From a virus: a DNA stretch of 64,000 nt. Below the pieces are notes generated by a model that did not search any database, was not told the DNA's origin, and saw only the letters and a list, made by a program, of their open reading frames with translations. This document shows, in pieces, positions 8,737-17,387 of this stretch. Both the position numbers and the translations under genes were made by a program. Every line of letters starts with the position of its first letter. Position 1 is the first letter of the stretch. The stretch covers positions 1 through 64,000 of IMG/VR virus record IMGVR_UViG_3300033145_002224; one strand, written 5' to 3'.

Positions 8737-10534
8737 TTACTTGATTATGAGGTGATCGAAGGGCTACTTGTACCGCTTGTTCTGATGTGCCACTATCCGA
8801 TTGGGCTCGTGGTATATCTTGATCTACTTGTTCTCTCCGCGCTTGTTCAACAGATTCCATAAGATCACGCCTACTCCGTTCATGTATATCTGGAGCAATC
8901 GCACGTTCTTGTATTTGTGCACGAAAACTTGTCTCAGCACGAAGCGTTTCCATTACACTACCCATTAATTCTTCACCAGCCCCATTCATAAAATTATGCC
9001 AATCACTAGAATATTCATTAGTATTCTGAGGTATAGCTCCACTCCAAGGACGCCTAATACTATGACCACTACTATTAATCAATGTAACAATTACCCTCTC
9101 CACTATTTCAACAACACTATTTCCATAAGATTCAAAATTTATATCACTTATGTGACGCGGTGAATTATCACTATGTAATATTTCAGAAGAAATAGCCCTA
9201 CTAATAAATCTATCAAGTTGTTCATGTAAACATCTACCAAATAAATGCGGGTTATTTCTAAACTCTAAATTCTCTGTAAGTGCAGATATAATACTTCCCT
9301 CTACTCTACCTAAAATTCTAAAAGCTACTCCGCCTGGATAAGCAATATTATAACCAGATTGTCGTGCCCCAGGCCTGATTGAATAATCTGCTGTAAACTC
9401 AGAAGCTACAGTATTGAGCTCTTCTGCAATTCTCGTATATTCTTTCTTAAAAGAACCCAACTCTTTCTTTCGTTTTTTCTTCATAGAGGCTACTCCAACC
9501 TCATCAAAAAACTTACTACTCTCAGACACAACAATAGCAGCTAAATGATTATCATTTAATATCTTTTTAATTTTAACCCGCTTTGCCTTTTTACACCACT
9601 CTTTCCAATGACAGTATGGATTCTTAACGGCCGGACTAGTTAAGTGTATCATCACAGCGGTTATAAACATCTCTAAACTACCCTCTGTGACCGCTTTTTT
9701 AACATCTTTCTGATATTCTCCTAAACAAACATTTCCTGGTTGTATACAATAATGTTCAAGATTATTGTATCTTTTATCTAGGTTAATTATTTTAATACCC
9801 AATTTTCCATTTTCATCATACCATGAAAGCCTAATTAAAAATCTACCGAGCCGATATCTTTCTACATATAAAGTATTAGTTAAAATATAAAGACCAAACT
9901 TATCTTCTTTAATGCGTCCCACCTTATTTATATCTGGATGGTGTGAAATAAAAGAAGTTAAATCATAAAGCTCAGTACCTTTCTCTAGGGCATCACGACG
10001 CTCTTTAATATTTTTCTCACATGATTTTATTAATTTTCCAATTTTATAAAACTCTGATTTATCCATTTTCAACATTGAGTCAGCCGCCTTCATCACATCT
10101 TTTTCAGCTTTACCATCAAAGTATTTCTTGGACTTATTCTTAATTAAATCCATCACATCTTTCTTCAGCATGTAATCAACCGCCTGGGCTTTAATAGTTT
10201 TTTCGCGTACCCTTATAAAAGATTCTAGCCAATCTTTAATCCCAACTATATTACTATCTATATCATTTATGGTAATTTTTTTAAGTTTTTCCAATAATTT
10301 TCCTCCATATACTTTTGCCCTTTTTGAAAATGTAGGCTCTTTTCTTACCTCTTCACATGTCAATCTATCTGGCGCGGTAGCTCCCCTTCGTACTACATCG
10401 ACAGCATCACTCACTGTGAGGGTTGGAGTAGAACTAGCAGTTGTCGTCCACGTAGAAGTACCTGTAAAAAAATCATCATCATCCCTTATTGTATTATTCC
10501 TCGTTATGTTGTACCCAGGACTTTCTGTCATCAT
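8711..10534 (-). CDS. Large protein with a central prokaryotic E2/UBC-like domain
   Basis: LGRFLIRL...LEHYCIQPGNVCLGE...NPY resembles the E2 H-x-x-I-x-x-G-x-(I/V)-C-L signature; lies between Ubl and JAB; N-terminal coiled coil. Confidence 0.7.
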   Translation of the reverse strand: MMTESPGYNITRNNTIRDDDDFFTGTSTWTTTASSTPTLTVSDAVDVVRRGATAPDRLTCEEVRKEPTFSKRAKVYGGKLLEKLKKITINDIDSNIVGIKDWLESFIRVREKTIKAQAVDYMLKKDVMDLIKNKSKKYFDGKAEKDVMKAADSMLKMDKSEFYKIGKLIKSCEKNIKERRDALEKGTELYDLTSFISHHPDINKVGRIKEDKFGLYILTNTLYVERYRLGRFLIRLSWYDENGKLGIKIINLDKRYNNLEHYCIQPGNVCLGEYQKDVKKAVTEGSLEMFITAVMIHLTSPAVKNPYCHWKEWCKKAKRVKIKKILNDNHLAAIVVSESSKFFDEVGVASMKKKRKKELGSFKKEYTRIAEELNTVASEFTADYSIRPGARQSGYNIAYPGGVAFRILGRVEGSIISALTENLEFRNNPHLFGRCLHEQLDRFISRAISSEILHSDNSPRHISDINFESYGNSVVEIVERVIVTLINSSGHSIRRPWSGAIPQNTNEYSSDWHNFMNGAGEELMGSVMETLRAETSFRAQIQERAIAPDIHERSRRDLMESVEQARREQVDQDIPRAQSDSGTSEQAVQVALRSPHNQVNGENENNI

Positions 10535-10553
10535 GAAAAAATTAATAATAAAT

Positions 10554-10586
10554 ATGCTTGGGCAACCGTAAAGTTGCCCTATGTAT
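10554..10586 (-). terminator. Hairpin between the Ubl and E2 genes (attenuator or mRNA stabiliser)
   Basis: GGGCAAC-TTTACG-GTTGCCC stem followed by AT-rich sequence. Confidence 0.5.
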
Positions 10587-10599
10587 ACTCACTATCTTG

Positions 10600-10863
10600 T
10601 TATCGCCCGCCCTCTTTAGCACCTACAATAGCAACGGCTGCACCTCTAGAAAGCTCTGTTTTAGAGAGCTTACCTTTGTCAATTTTTGTACCGTTTACAT
10701 AAACGCTTTCATTAGGCCCTACTTCAAAGTCGTTAACATCTAACAACTTATCAACAGTGGTGCCGGGCTTGACCTTGGCTGTTTCCATACCAGAGCCCAT
10801 GCGACCAATTTGCACATTAAAGCCACCAGAACCAGTAGCTTTATTTTTTCCGATTAAAGCCAT
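10600..10863 (-). CDS. Ubiquitin-like beta-grasp protein (ThiS/MoaD/Ub fold) ending in GG-R
   Basis: 87 aa; GTTVDKLL, VYVNG, LSRGAAVAIV, C-terminus KEGGR; adjacent to E2/JAB/E1. Confidence 0.85.
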   Translation of the reverse strand: MALIGKNKATGSGGFNVQIGRMGSGMETAKVKPGTTVDKLLDVNDFEVGPNESVYVNGTKIDKGKLSKTELSRGAAVAIVGAKEGGR

Positions 10864-10874
10864 AAGATTCTAAA

Positions 10875-11174
10875 TTACTTTTTAGCACTTTTTTTCTTTT
10901 TAACCGAAGAACCATCTTCTTCCTCATCCTCTTCTTTCTTAATCTTGCGTAAGACCTCTAATAACTTCGGACGAACCGTAGTATAGAGTAACGCACTTAC
11001 AATTTCTTCACCTTCTTCGGTTAAATCTTCTAAGCAAAGACCATTTTCAAAACCAACTGAAGAATCTGGATCAACGATCCCATACTTCTCTAAAAGCTTC
11101 CGGTCTTTGTCTTTAAAAAACTTTTTGACCTTTTGCTTAATGGTTTCTTCTTTGTTTAGCACTTCATCTGCCAT
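10875..11174 (-). CDS. Hypothetical acidic/basic protein
   Basis: Operon ORF between the zinc-ribbon gene and Ubl. Confidence 0.7.
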   Translation of the reverse strand: MADEVLNKEETIKQKVKKFFKDKDRKLLEKYGIVDPDSSVGFENGLCLEDLTEEGEEIVSALLYTTVRPKLLEVLRKIKKEEDEEEDGSSVKKKKSAKK

Positions 11175-11183
11175 ATAATTTCT

Positions 11184-11468
11184 TTATATAATAATATTTG
11201 AATCACCAGGACGACTACTCCCCCGACCTTCGAGAGCGTCGACTATCTGGTTTCTTAATCTTTCGTATTTTTCTTTATGTTTGTCATCCATACCGGCGAT
11301 AGCGAAATTATTACCACACCTCTTGCATGACATTACAATCTCTGAGGGTGTAAATGGGTCACCATACTCATAAAGTGGAACAACATTAAAGTGTCCCTTC
11401 TCCTTGCACTTCTGACACTCTGTCTTTCTTGCCTCGTCCTTTGCCCAACTTATCATCCTTTTTGACAT
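11184..11468 (-). CDS. Zinc-ribbon protein (probable start ATG 11468)
   Basis: CQKC...CKRCG; overlaps the 3' end of recA. Confidence 0.65.
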   Translation of the reverse strand: MSKRMISWAKDEARKTECQKCKEKGHFNVVPLYEYGDPFTPSEIVMSCKRCGNNFAIAGMDDKHKEKYERLRNQIVDALEGRGSSRPGDSNIII

Positions 11469-12468
11469 TTTTTCTAGTTTTTTTAACTGAGCTTCCATCA
11501 AGTTTGTTATAGATGGAGGTGTAGATTTTTGGGCTGTCTTTAAGGAATTTTTTAGTTTCTTCCCTGCCGACACCGAGCTTTTCTTCTTCATAATAATATG
11601 TATTACCTTTTTTATTAATTATTTTTCTATCTATTGCTGTATCCAGGGCATCTCCAACAGTATCAACTCCCTCTCTATAAATCAACTCAATATTAGCCTC
11701 TTTAAATGGAAGTCCAACTTTATTCTTAACACCAATAATTTTCATCCAATTACCGATCACATCTTCACCCTTTTTAATTTTCAAACCACGCTTCACCTCT
11801 AACCTAACTGATGCAAAAAATTTAAGAGAACGTCCGCCTGGGGTGGTTGTCTTAGCTCCCCAGAATACCCCGATCTTGTCCCTTAGTTGGTTGATAAAAA
11901 TAACAGCAGTATTCGTCCTTGATATTTCAGCTGCAAGCACCCTCATCATCTTACTCATTAACCTAGCCTGTAAAGCTATGTTTTCCTTTTCTATTTCACC
12001 ATCGATCTCTTTCTTGGGGACTAGGGCGGCTACTGAGTCAACAACAATTATGTCGATATTCCCGGTCTTAGCCATTTCACGGACAACATCCATACCTTCT
12101 TCACCATACATCGGTTGGGAAACATAAAGATCGTCCACATTTACACCTATATTTTTAGCATAATTCTTATCAAAAGCATGTTCTGCGTCAACCCACACGG
12201 CTCTTAGGCCCTGTTTCTGTGCCTGAGCGACTATAAATAAAGACATTGTGGATTTTCCCGATGATTCCAAACCAAATATTTCAATCATCCTCCCTCTTGG
12301 AAGTCCCCCACAACCAAATATTCTATCCAAACCAAAAGAGCCCGTAGGAATAGATTCACACTGAACCCCTTCGGCCTCTTTCATTATGACGACAGTATTG
12401 TCACCATATTTCTTATTTAAACTTTTCATAGCATCATTAATAGACGCCATTTTTTCATCTTTTTTCAT
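11386..12468 (-). CDS. recA: RecA recombinase
   Basis: GLPRGRMIEIFGLESSGKST, DAEHA, VVDSVAALVP, QARLMS, FINQLR, TPGGRSLKF. Confidence 0.97.
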   Translation of the reverse strand: MKKDEKMASINDAMKSLNKKYGDNTVVIMKEAEGVQCESIPTGSFGLDRIFGCGGLPRGRMIEIFGLESSGKSTMSLFIVAQAQKQGLRAVWVDAEHAFDKNYAKNIGVNVDDLYVSQPMYGEEGMDVVREMAKTGNIDIIVVDSVAALVPKKEIDGEIEKENIALQARLMSKMMRVLAAEISRTNTAVIFINQLRDKIGVFWGAKTTTPGGRSLKFFASVRLEVKRGLKIKKGEDVIGNWMKIIGVKNKVGLPFKEANIELIYREGVDTVGDALDTAIDRKIINKKGNTYYYEEEKLGVGREETKKFLKDSPKIYTSIYNKLDGSSVKKTRKNVKKDDKLGKGRGKKDRVSEVQGEGTL

Positions 12469-12476
12469 ATATTATA

Positions 12477-12514
12477 AAGATAGCATTTTATAATCCACTT
12501 GTCAAGTGGATAAC
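12477..12514 (-). promoter_or_regulatory. Class-1 promoter upstream of recA
   Basis: GTTATCCACTTGACAAGTGGAT; here the palindrome extends to ATCCACTTG-N-CAAGTGGAT; -10 TATCTT at 17 nt spacing. Confidence 0.7.
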
Positions 12515-12735
12515 TTTTTGCTAATTATTTGTGCTGCTAAACTAGCTTTCTTTCTCCAGTTATCAGCATTCTTCATCTGTAATTTTAGAGATGATATTTC
12601 GTCAACAACCAACTCTTCTTGTTTTTTTTCATTTATGCGTTCACGTTCTTTTATTAGCTCAACAATCTCATCAACCTGACCAGATTCATCTATGAGAGCT
12701 TCTAATTGTGCACGCATGCCTGTCTCATCTAACAT
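12502..12735 (-). CDS. Hypothetical helical protein
   Basis: 77-aa operon ORF. Confidence 0.6.
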   Translation of the reverse strand: MLDETGMRAQLEALIDESGQVDEIVELIKERERINEKKQEELVVDEISSLKLQMKNADNWRKKASLAAQIISKKLST

Positions 12736-12741
12736 ATTATT

Positions 12742-12879
12742 TTATTTATTTGCTTTAAACTCTCTCCTATGATTATGTTCAGCGACCTTAGCATCATTCC
12801 ATTGATTCACTGGCCTGAGATAACCACAAACACGACTGTACACCTCGCATTCTTGGCGTTTTGTTTTAATTGGACTCAT
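12742..12879 (-). CDS. Stand-alone NrdD-type glycyl-radical peptide (45 aa)
   Basis: Hand translation MSPIKTKRQECEVYSRVCGYLRPVNQWNDAKVAEHNHRREFKANK; RVCGYL is the class III RNR glycyl-radical motif. Confidence 0.85.
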   Translation of the reverse strand: MSPIKTKRQECEVYSRVCGYLRPVNQWNDAKVAEHNHRREFKANK

Positions 12880-12944
12880 ACTTGTTTTCCTCTTAAAAAT
12901 TAATAAAATATGTTATTTTGATATAATGTACCACTTTACCATTA

Positions 12945-12973
12945 AAAGCTCACCACGGGGTGCTGGTGAAGCC
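12945..12973 (-). terminator. Probable intrinsic terminator
   Basis: Minus strand GCTTCACCA-GCACCCCG-TGGTGAGC-TTTT after the CHC2 gene. Confidence 0.55.
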
Positions 12974-12983
12974 AGTTTAACGC

Positions 12984-13598
12984 TTAAAACCGCTTCAGAT
13001 AGGCTATTGCGTCGGGAAAATTCAAATTATTCTTCTTCATTATAAAATCAACTGCATTTGATCCATGTGCCATGCACCCAAAACAATGCCAAGTATTCTC
13101 TGGAAAAATAAAAAAGGAACCATCCTTCTCTTTGTGAAACGGACAAAGCATACGCTTACGTCCTTTACCTACATTAAAAACCTGACCGGCTATTAACTTC
13201 TCAACTGGAACATTTCTAGCTAACTCAATTTCATTTTTGCTATATTGCCCCTCCGTTTGTTTGTCTGTGTTAACAATACCATACTCCATATAAAGACGTT
13301 TATATTTATTTTTGATTTCCTTTAACTCTTTTCCTAATATAAAAAATTCTCCATGTTTCTTTTTTAATGCCAGCAACCTTTCTAATTTTGTTCTTAGAGG
13401 TGATATAACACCACGCAAATATCTTATCCGAGACTCCCTAATAAAATCATCACCCATTTCATCTTTAAATTCAAATATTCTTTTATCATTTTCAAATTGA
13501 ATCACCCTATAATAATAATCTTTTTCCTCACCGCAATTAATCATTTCAAAATACAATTCATCTATCTTTCTCTTCGTCTTTTTTCTCTCTGACTTCAT
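12984..13598 (-). CDS. CHC2 zinc-finger (DnaG primase Zn-binding domain) protein
   Basis: LCPFHKEKDGSF...WHCFGC...NAVDFIM...FPDAIAYL. Confidence 0.9.
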   Translation of the reverse strand: MKSERKKTKRKIDELYFEMINCGEEKDYYYRVIQFENDKRIFEFKDEMGDDFIRESRIRYLRGVISPLRTKLERLLALKKKHGEFFILGKELKEIKNKYKRLYMEYGIVNTDKQTEGQYSKNEIELARNVPVEKLIAGQVFNVGKGRKRMLCPFHKEKDGSFFIFPENTWHCFGCMAHGSNAVDFIMKKNNLNFPDAIAYLKRF

Positions 13599-14679
13599 TT
13601 ATTTTGTCTTTAGCATCTGTTAAATATAAAAGCTGTTCGTATTCTTCATATGGGTAAAATCTATTTTTCCAAAATCCAAGAGGCATTCGTCTAGTTAAAC
13701 CATTCCTACGATTAGCTTCTAGGGATAACCACGAATAATCATGGTAAACAATAGATCTATCATCTTTGGGAATTGATAAATCCTTTTTTCCACCCCTACT
13801 AGTTTCTTTTTTTGCGCGTTGCCTCCAAATTAAAAAGGTAAAATCTGACTCTTGAGTGATGAAGCTCGAATCGCGAACCGAGTTAAGGTCCGGTTCATCC
13901 TGTGTATCCATTTTTTTGGTATGGGCGACAAGAAATATTGGAATATTTCTTTTTACTGCTATCTTTTTTAGTTCCCTAACTATTCCACCAACAAGAAACG
14001 AAACATTCTGATTGAAATCTTTTAATGGTAAAAGAAAATGTAAATGATCTATGTATATGCATGAAATATGATTTTCTTTTTGAGCTTTCTTAATCTGGGA
14101 ATCTAACCAACTAAGAGACAAACTTGAATTATCTATTGGCATGAATATTGGCAAGTCAGAGGTGGTAAATTTACTGCCTTCGCCCTCATCTATTTCTCTA
14201 AACTTTTTTATCAGCTCCTGCCAACTCATCTCTAATGTAAACCAAAGTGCTGGAAAATTATTTTTACCCTGAAGATATGAAAGTGTCTGGCATAGCGAGG
14301 TTTTTCCTTGTTTTGTTATCCCAGAAATAATAATAAGCTCTCCTCCCTGGAAACCACCGTCAACTAAATCATCAATTGGCTGAAAAAAGGTTGGGATTTT
14401 TGCTTTATCACCTTGTTCGTCAAGCTTTTTAAGTAACTCCTGATAACAATATAATTTATTATCTACAAACGGTGCGCTTACATCAGCTAATTGTTTAGCA
14501 CTTAAACCATCTGGAGGTGGTAAATCTTCAATCGACACATTATCATAATTTTTCGGCTCTGTCGCCATTAATAGCCTAGCCAGCTTCTTTTTTTCCTTTT
14601 CGTCTTCTGTGTCTGGGAAAATATCACTTGGAGTGATGTTCGGATCATTTTTAAGTTGTTTTAATGTTATTTTGGTCAT
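13558..14679 (-). CDS. dnaB: DnaB-like replicative helicase (SF4)
   Basis: SGITKQGKT Walker A, FTLEMS, YIDHLH, LKKIA, VRDSSFITQESD. Confidence 0.88.
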   Translation of the reverse strand: MTKITLKQLKNDPNITPSDIFPDTEDEKEKKKLARLLMATEPKNYDNVSIEDLPPPDGLSAKQLADVSAPFVDNKLYCYQELLKKLDEQGDKAKIPTFFQPIDDLVDGGFQGGELIIISGITKQGKTSLCQTLSYLQGKNNFPALWFTLEMSWQELIKKFREIDEGEGSKFTTSDLPIFMPIDNSSLSLSWLDSQIKKAQKENHISCIYIDHLHFLLPLKDFNQNVSFLVGGIVRELKKIAVKRNIPIFLVAHTKKMDTQDEPDLNSVRDSSFITQESDFTFLIWRQRAKKETSRGGKKDLSIPKDDRSIVYHDYSWLSLEANRRNGLTRRMPLGFWKNRFYPYEEYEQLLYLTDAKDKINEVREKKDEEKDR

Positions 14680-15538
14680 TTATGTTTAATATTTTTTCAT
14701 ATCCAGAATATTCTTGTTCAAATTTACCTTTAAATTTATAAACAGTGGCTAAGTTATCAATAAATTCTGGATTTTCGTCTGGCCTCTTTTCACCATCGTA
14801 TTTTGCCATCATTTCTCCTGCAAAAATAAAAAGGTCTGTGTAATAATCATCTTCCCAGAGATGGTCTCCCAAAAGCTTGCCCTCTCTAATATTTCTACGC
14901 AAAATTGTATTAAATTCTTTTTGGGTAGCAAATTTCTCATTGAATTCTTTGGTGCGATAATTAAAAAATAGCCCCACTATTCTTTCCTGGCGCTTGTTAC
15001 TTTCCATTAACTTTTTTATGGCTCCAACATGAGAAAACTTTTTTTCTTCTTTTTTAGAAAGAGTTTTCGAGATTGAAGAATTGGTGTGTTGTGGAACCCC
15101 TTTTTTAGGGGGTCCACTAAATACATGTTTATTATTTGTATTATTATCTGGTATAGGTTGGGTATCTTCACCCGTTCCATTGGGTGATTCTGCCCGATCA
15201 ATTGGTGGTGTTTGCACCCCTACATATATTGCAGAATACCACAATGTTCTATCATATTTAGATTTGTTATAATTGGCTGATTTTATGTATTTTTTATTTT
15301 TAAGATTTTTTAGAATACGCTTTATTTGGTCTTCTGTCCAAAACGGAAATAATTTACTAAAAGCTGTTTTTGAATTATATGTCCAATAACATCCACCATG
15401 TAAATGTTTATTATTAGCCTTATTTTTTTCACACCAGAATTCGATATTAGAGTACATTATAGCCTCTTCTACGCCTATATTTTTAGCAATTTCTGGGTCG
15501 AATTGCATTTTTATAACTGTTTTCATACTTTTTGTCAA
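14651..15538 (-). CDS. Phage replication initiator (winged-HTH)
   Basis: FDPEIAKNIGVEEAI...WTYNS...LFPFW...ANYNKSKYDRTLWY, followed by a low-complexity linker with ~21-nt degenerate repeats (15160-15220, possible iterons); directly upstream of DnaB. Confidence 0.75.
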   Translation of the reverse strand: MTKSMKTVIKMQFDPEIAKNIGVEEAIMYSNIEFWCEKNKANNKHLHGGCYWTYNSKTAFSKLFPFWTEDQIKRILKNLKNKKYIKSANYNKSKYDRTLWYSAIYVGVQTPPIDRAESPNGTGEDTQPIPDNNTNNKHVFSGPPKKGVPQHTNSSISKTLSKKEEKKFSHVGAIKKLMESNKRQERIVGLFFNYRTKEFNEKFATQKEFNTILRRNIREGKLLGDHLWEDDYYTDLFIFAGEMMAKYDGEKRPDENPEFIDNLATVYKFKGKFEQEYSGYEKILNINDQNNIKTT

Positions 15539-15594
15539 TTTAATTATTAATGATTCACTAATATTAGGGAAAACATATATATTTTAAAGCCAAT

Positions 15595-15703
15595 AAAAAA
15601 TCTGTAACTCTCCATTGGCGAAGGCCTTTCGGGTATCTGTGTAAAACCCGTGGCTTTGGCGAAGATGCCTATTTGCCCCTCCGCCAGTGGAAAACTACAG
15701 ATT
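15595..15703 (-). ncRNA. Structured 5' leader / attenuator upstream of the replication initiator
   Basis: ~26-bp closing stem with G-U pairs on the minus strand, two inner hairpins, then a U-run. Confidence 0.55.
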
Positions 15704-15728
15704 ACACAGGTTTTTTAAAGGATTTACG

Positions 15729-15766
15729 CTATAATCAGTATATCAAAGTACACTGTATTTGTCAAG
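15729..15766 (-). promoter_or_regulatory. Sigma70 promoter for the replication operon
   Basis: TTGACA-17 nt-TATACT-GATTATA; same post -10 tail as the 7.5-kb promoter. Confidence 0.75.
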
Positions 15767-15795
15767 GGCATAAAATTTATGAAATATTAGCCCTT

Positions 15796-16119
15796 TTATT
15801 TTTTTTCTTCGTCCTGACTTGTATTCTTGAATTTATCTAAATTAACTTTTGGTGACTTATACACGTTCATCACTTGAGCCTTTAGGCTCCGTAAATTAGT
15901 GATAAACTGACGTGGCTCAACTGATAATTGGCCTTGCCAGTACTTTTGTATGGCCTCTTGAAGCTTTTGGTCATCTACAAAATTAAAATAACCCACCGGC
16001 ATGGGTCTTTCACCCTCAATCTGAAAATCTAATCCACACATATAGAATTTAAGCGTGACTAGTGTTGAGGCGAGATATAGATCTCTAGTACAATAAACAT
16101 TTTGTTCTTTATCTGACAT
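15796..16119 (-). CDS. DUF5659-like protein
   Basis: TRDLYLASTL...YFNF...YWQGQLSVEPRQFITNLRSLK pattern (recognised from memory). Confidence 0.6.
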   Translation of the reverse strand: MSDKEQNVYCTRDLYLASTLVTLKFYMCGLDFQIEGERPMPVGYFNFVDDQKLQEAIQKYWQGQLSVEPRQFITNLRSLKAQVMNVYKSPKVNLDKFKNTSQDEEKK

Positions 16120-16164
16120 ATTTTTTTTATTTCTAATAATTAATTAATTTGATTTTCATATAAT

Positions 16165-16262
16165 GCTATTATAGCATAAGTCCCCTGTACTTTTCAAGTG
16201 TGGATAATTACATTAATAGTTATCCACTTGACAAGTGCTGAATTTTTTGCTAGACTGATTAT
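16165..16262. promoter_or_regulatory. Divergent promoter pair separating the two arms, each with a DnaA-box-like site next to -35
   Basis: Left: TTATCCACAC-TTGAAA...AGGGGACTTATGCTATAAT. Right: GTTATCCAC-TTGACA-17 nt-TAGACT. Confidence 0.75.
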
Positions 16263-16289
16263 AGCTTTAAAAAATAAAAATTTATTACT

Positions 16290-16736
16290 ATGCTCGAATT
16301 TACTTCTCGTATCAGGCGAAAAGAAGTCGAACCACGTATTTATACAATTGTGTTAATTGACAAGGGTGTGGCAAGAAAACTTTGGACCGGTCTGGCTTAC
16401 ACATTTGAGGATGCACTAGACGCAGCACGAGTTGATGCCTCTGACGCATTTCCAGCAGAAGGGGAGAGTGTCTTTTTCTGGAAACCACTCATGTTTGATA
16501 TTATATCATTCCACGATTTAAAAAAGATGTTGATAGAAATGGGAGCACTAGAATTAACAGCTAGACAAGTCAAGAAGAAAACTACAAAAAAAAGAATAGT
16601 AAAAAAAAAGATAAAAAGCACAAAAAATGATTTGATAAAAGATATAATTGATAATAAAGATAAAAAATTATTAAATCTTAATAAGAGTATGCTCACGAGT
16701 GCTGAATTGAAATATGTTAAAGATAAATTAAAATGA
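16290..16736 (+). CDS. Hypothetical protein
   Basis: First ORF behind the rightward promoter. Confidence 0.7.
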   Translation: MLEFTSRIRRKEVEPRIYTIVLIDKGVARKLWTGLAYTFEDALDAARVDASDAFPAEGESVFFWKPLMFDIISFHDLKKMLIEMGALELTARQVKKKTTKKRIVKKKIKSTKNDLIKDIIDNKDKKLLNLNKSMLTSAELKYVKDKLK

Positions 16737-17278
16737 TAAAATATAAGAAAAAAGACATAATAGAATTTTTACAACACTCAAACTATATTGAACGAGAATA
16801 TGGTGAACAAGCTTTTACTGATGCATTTAAGGCTTGGGAATATGGTGTTAGAAATATTAAAAAAGGAATCACTAATAAGTTTATTTTAGAGATTCATAGA
16901 ATTCTATGCGAAAAAATTCATCCTGAGATCGCTGGTAAATTCAGGACCTGTGATGTTTTTATTGGTGGAGAACGAAAGATATTTGTTAGTAGTAAAATTC
17001 TGAGTGATATGGTTAAGGAATTATGTAAAAAAGCCAAGCCGGTTATGACAGAAAAAGAAATTAAAGATTGGCACATTGGGTATGAGGGTCTTCATCCCTT
17101 TGCCGATGGGAATGGAAGATCTGGTCGATTATTAATGAACTTACAAAGACTAATTTCTGGTTTACCGATTCTTATCGTTCATGAAGATTATGATCAGTAT
17201 GAATATTACGGATGGTTTAATGATACTATCAAAAATCCATATAAAGAATGTAATTATTGCGATATATTTTATAGATAA
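16733..17278 (+). CDS. Fic-domain protein (AMPylase motif)
   Basis: HPFADGNGRSGR canonical Fic motif; HSNYIE. Confidence 0.93.
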   Translation: MIKYKKKDIIEFLQHSNYIEREYGEQAFTDAFKAWEYGVRNIKKGITNKFILEIHRILCEKIHPEIAGKFRTCDVFIGGERKIFVSSKILSDMVKELCKKAKPVMTEKEIKDWHIGYEGLHPFADGNGRSGRLLMNLQRLISGLPILIVHEDYDQYEYYGWFNDTIKNPYKECNYCDIFYR

Positions 17279-17355
17279 GGGATACATAAAACAAAGGACT
17301 TACCATAGCTTCGGTGATTGGTTGTGCAGATACTGAACTGCTATTGTATCCCTTA
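17276..17355 (+). ncRNA. Stem-closed intergenic RNA element A
   Basis: TAAGGGATACA...TGTATCCCTTA 11-bp terminal inverted repeat enclosing a GC-richer interior. Confidence 0.4.
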
Positions 17356-17387
17356 AATAAAAATTCTTTTAATAAATAATAAGTTAT

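Noticed and set aside
7589-10863. Thiamine/molybdopterin biosynthesis interpretation of ThiF plus a ThiS-like gene
   Set aside because: No thiG, moaE or sulfurtransferase nearby; the E2-like gene and JAB point to protein conjugation
15625-15680. c-di-GMP-I riboswitch resemblance (GGCAAA...CAAAGCCACGGG)
   Set aside because: No GNRA tetraloop/receptor arrangement, and the words are embedded in a different fold
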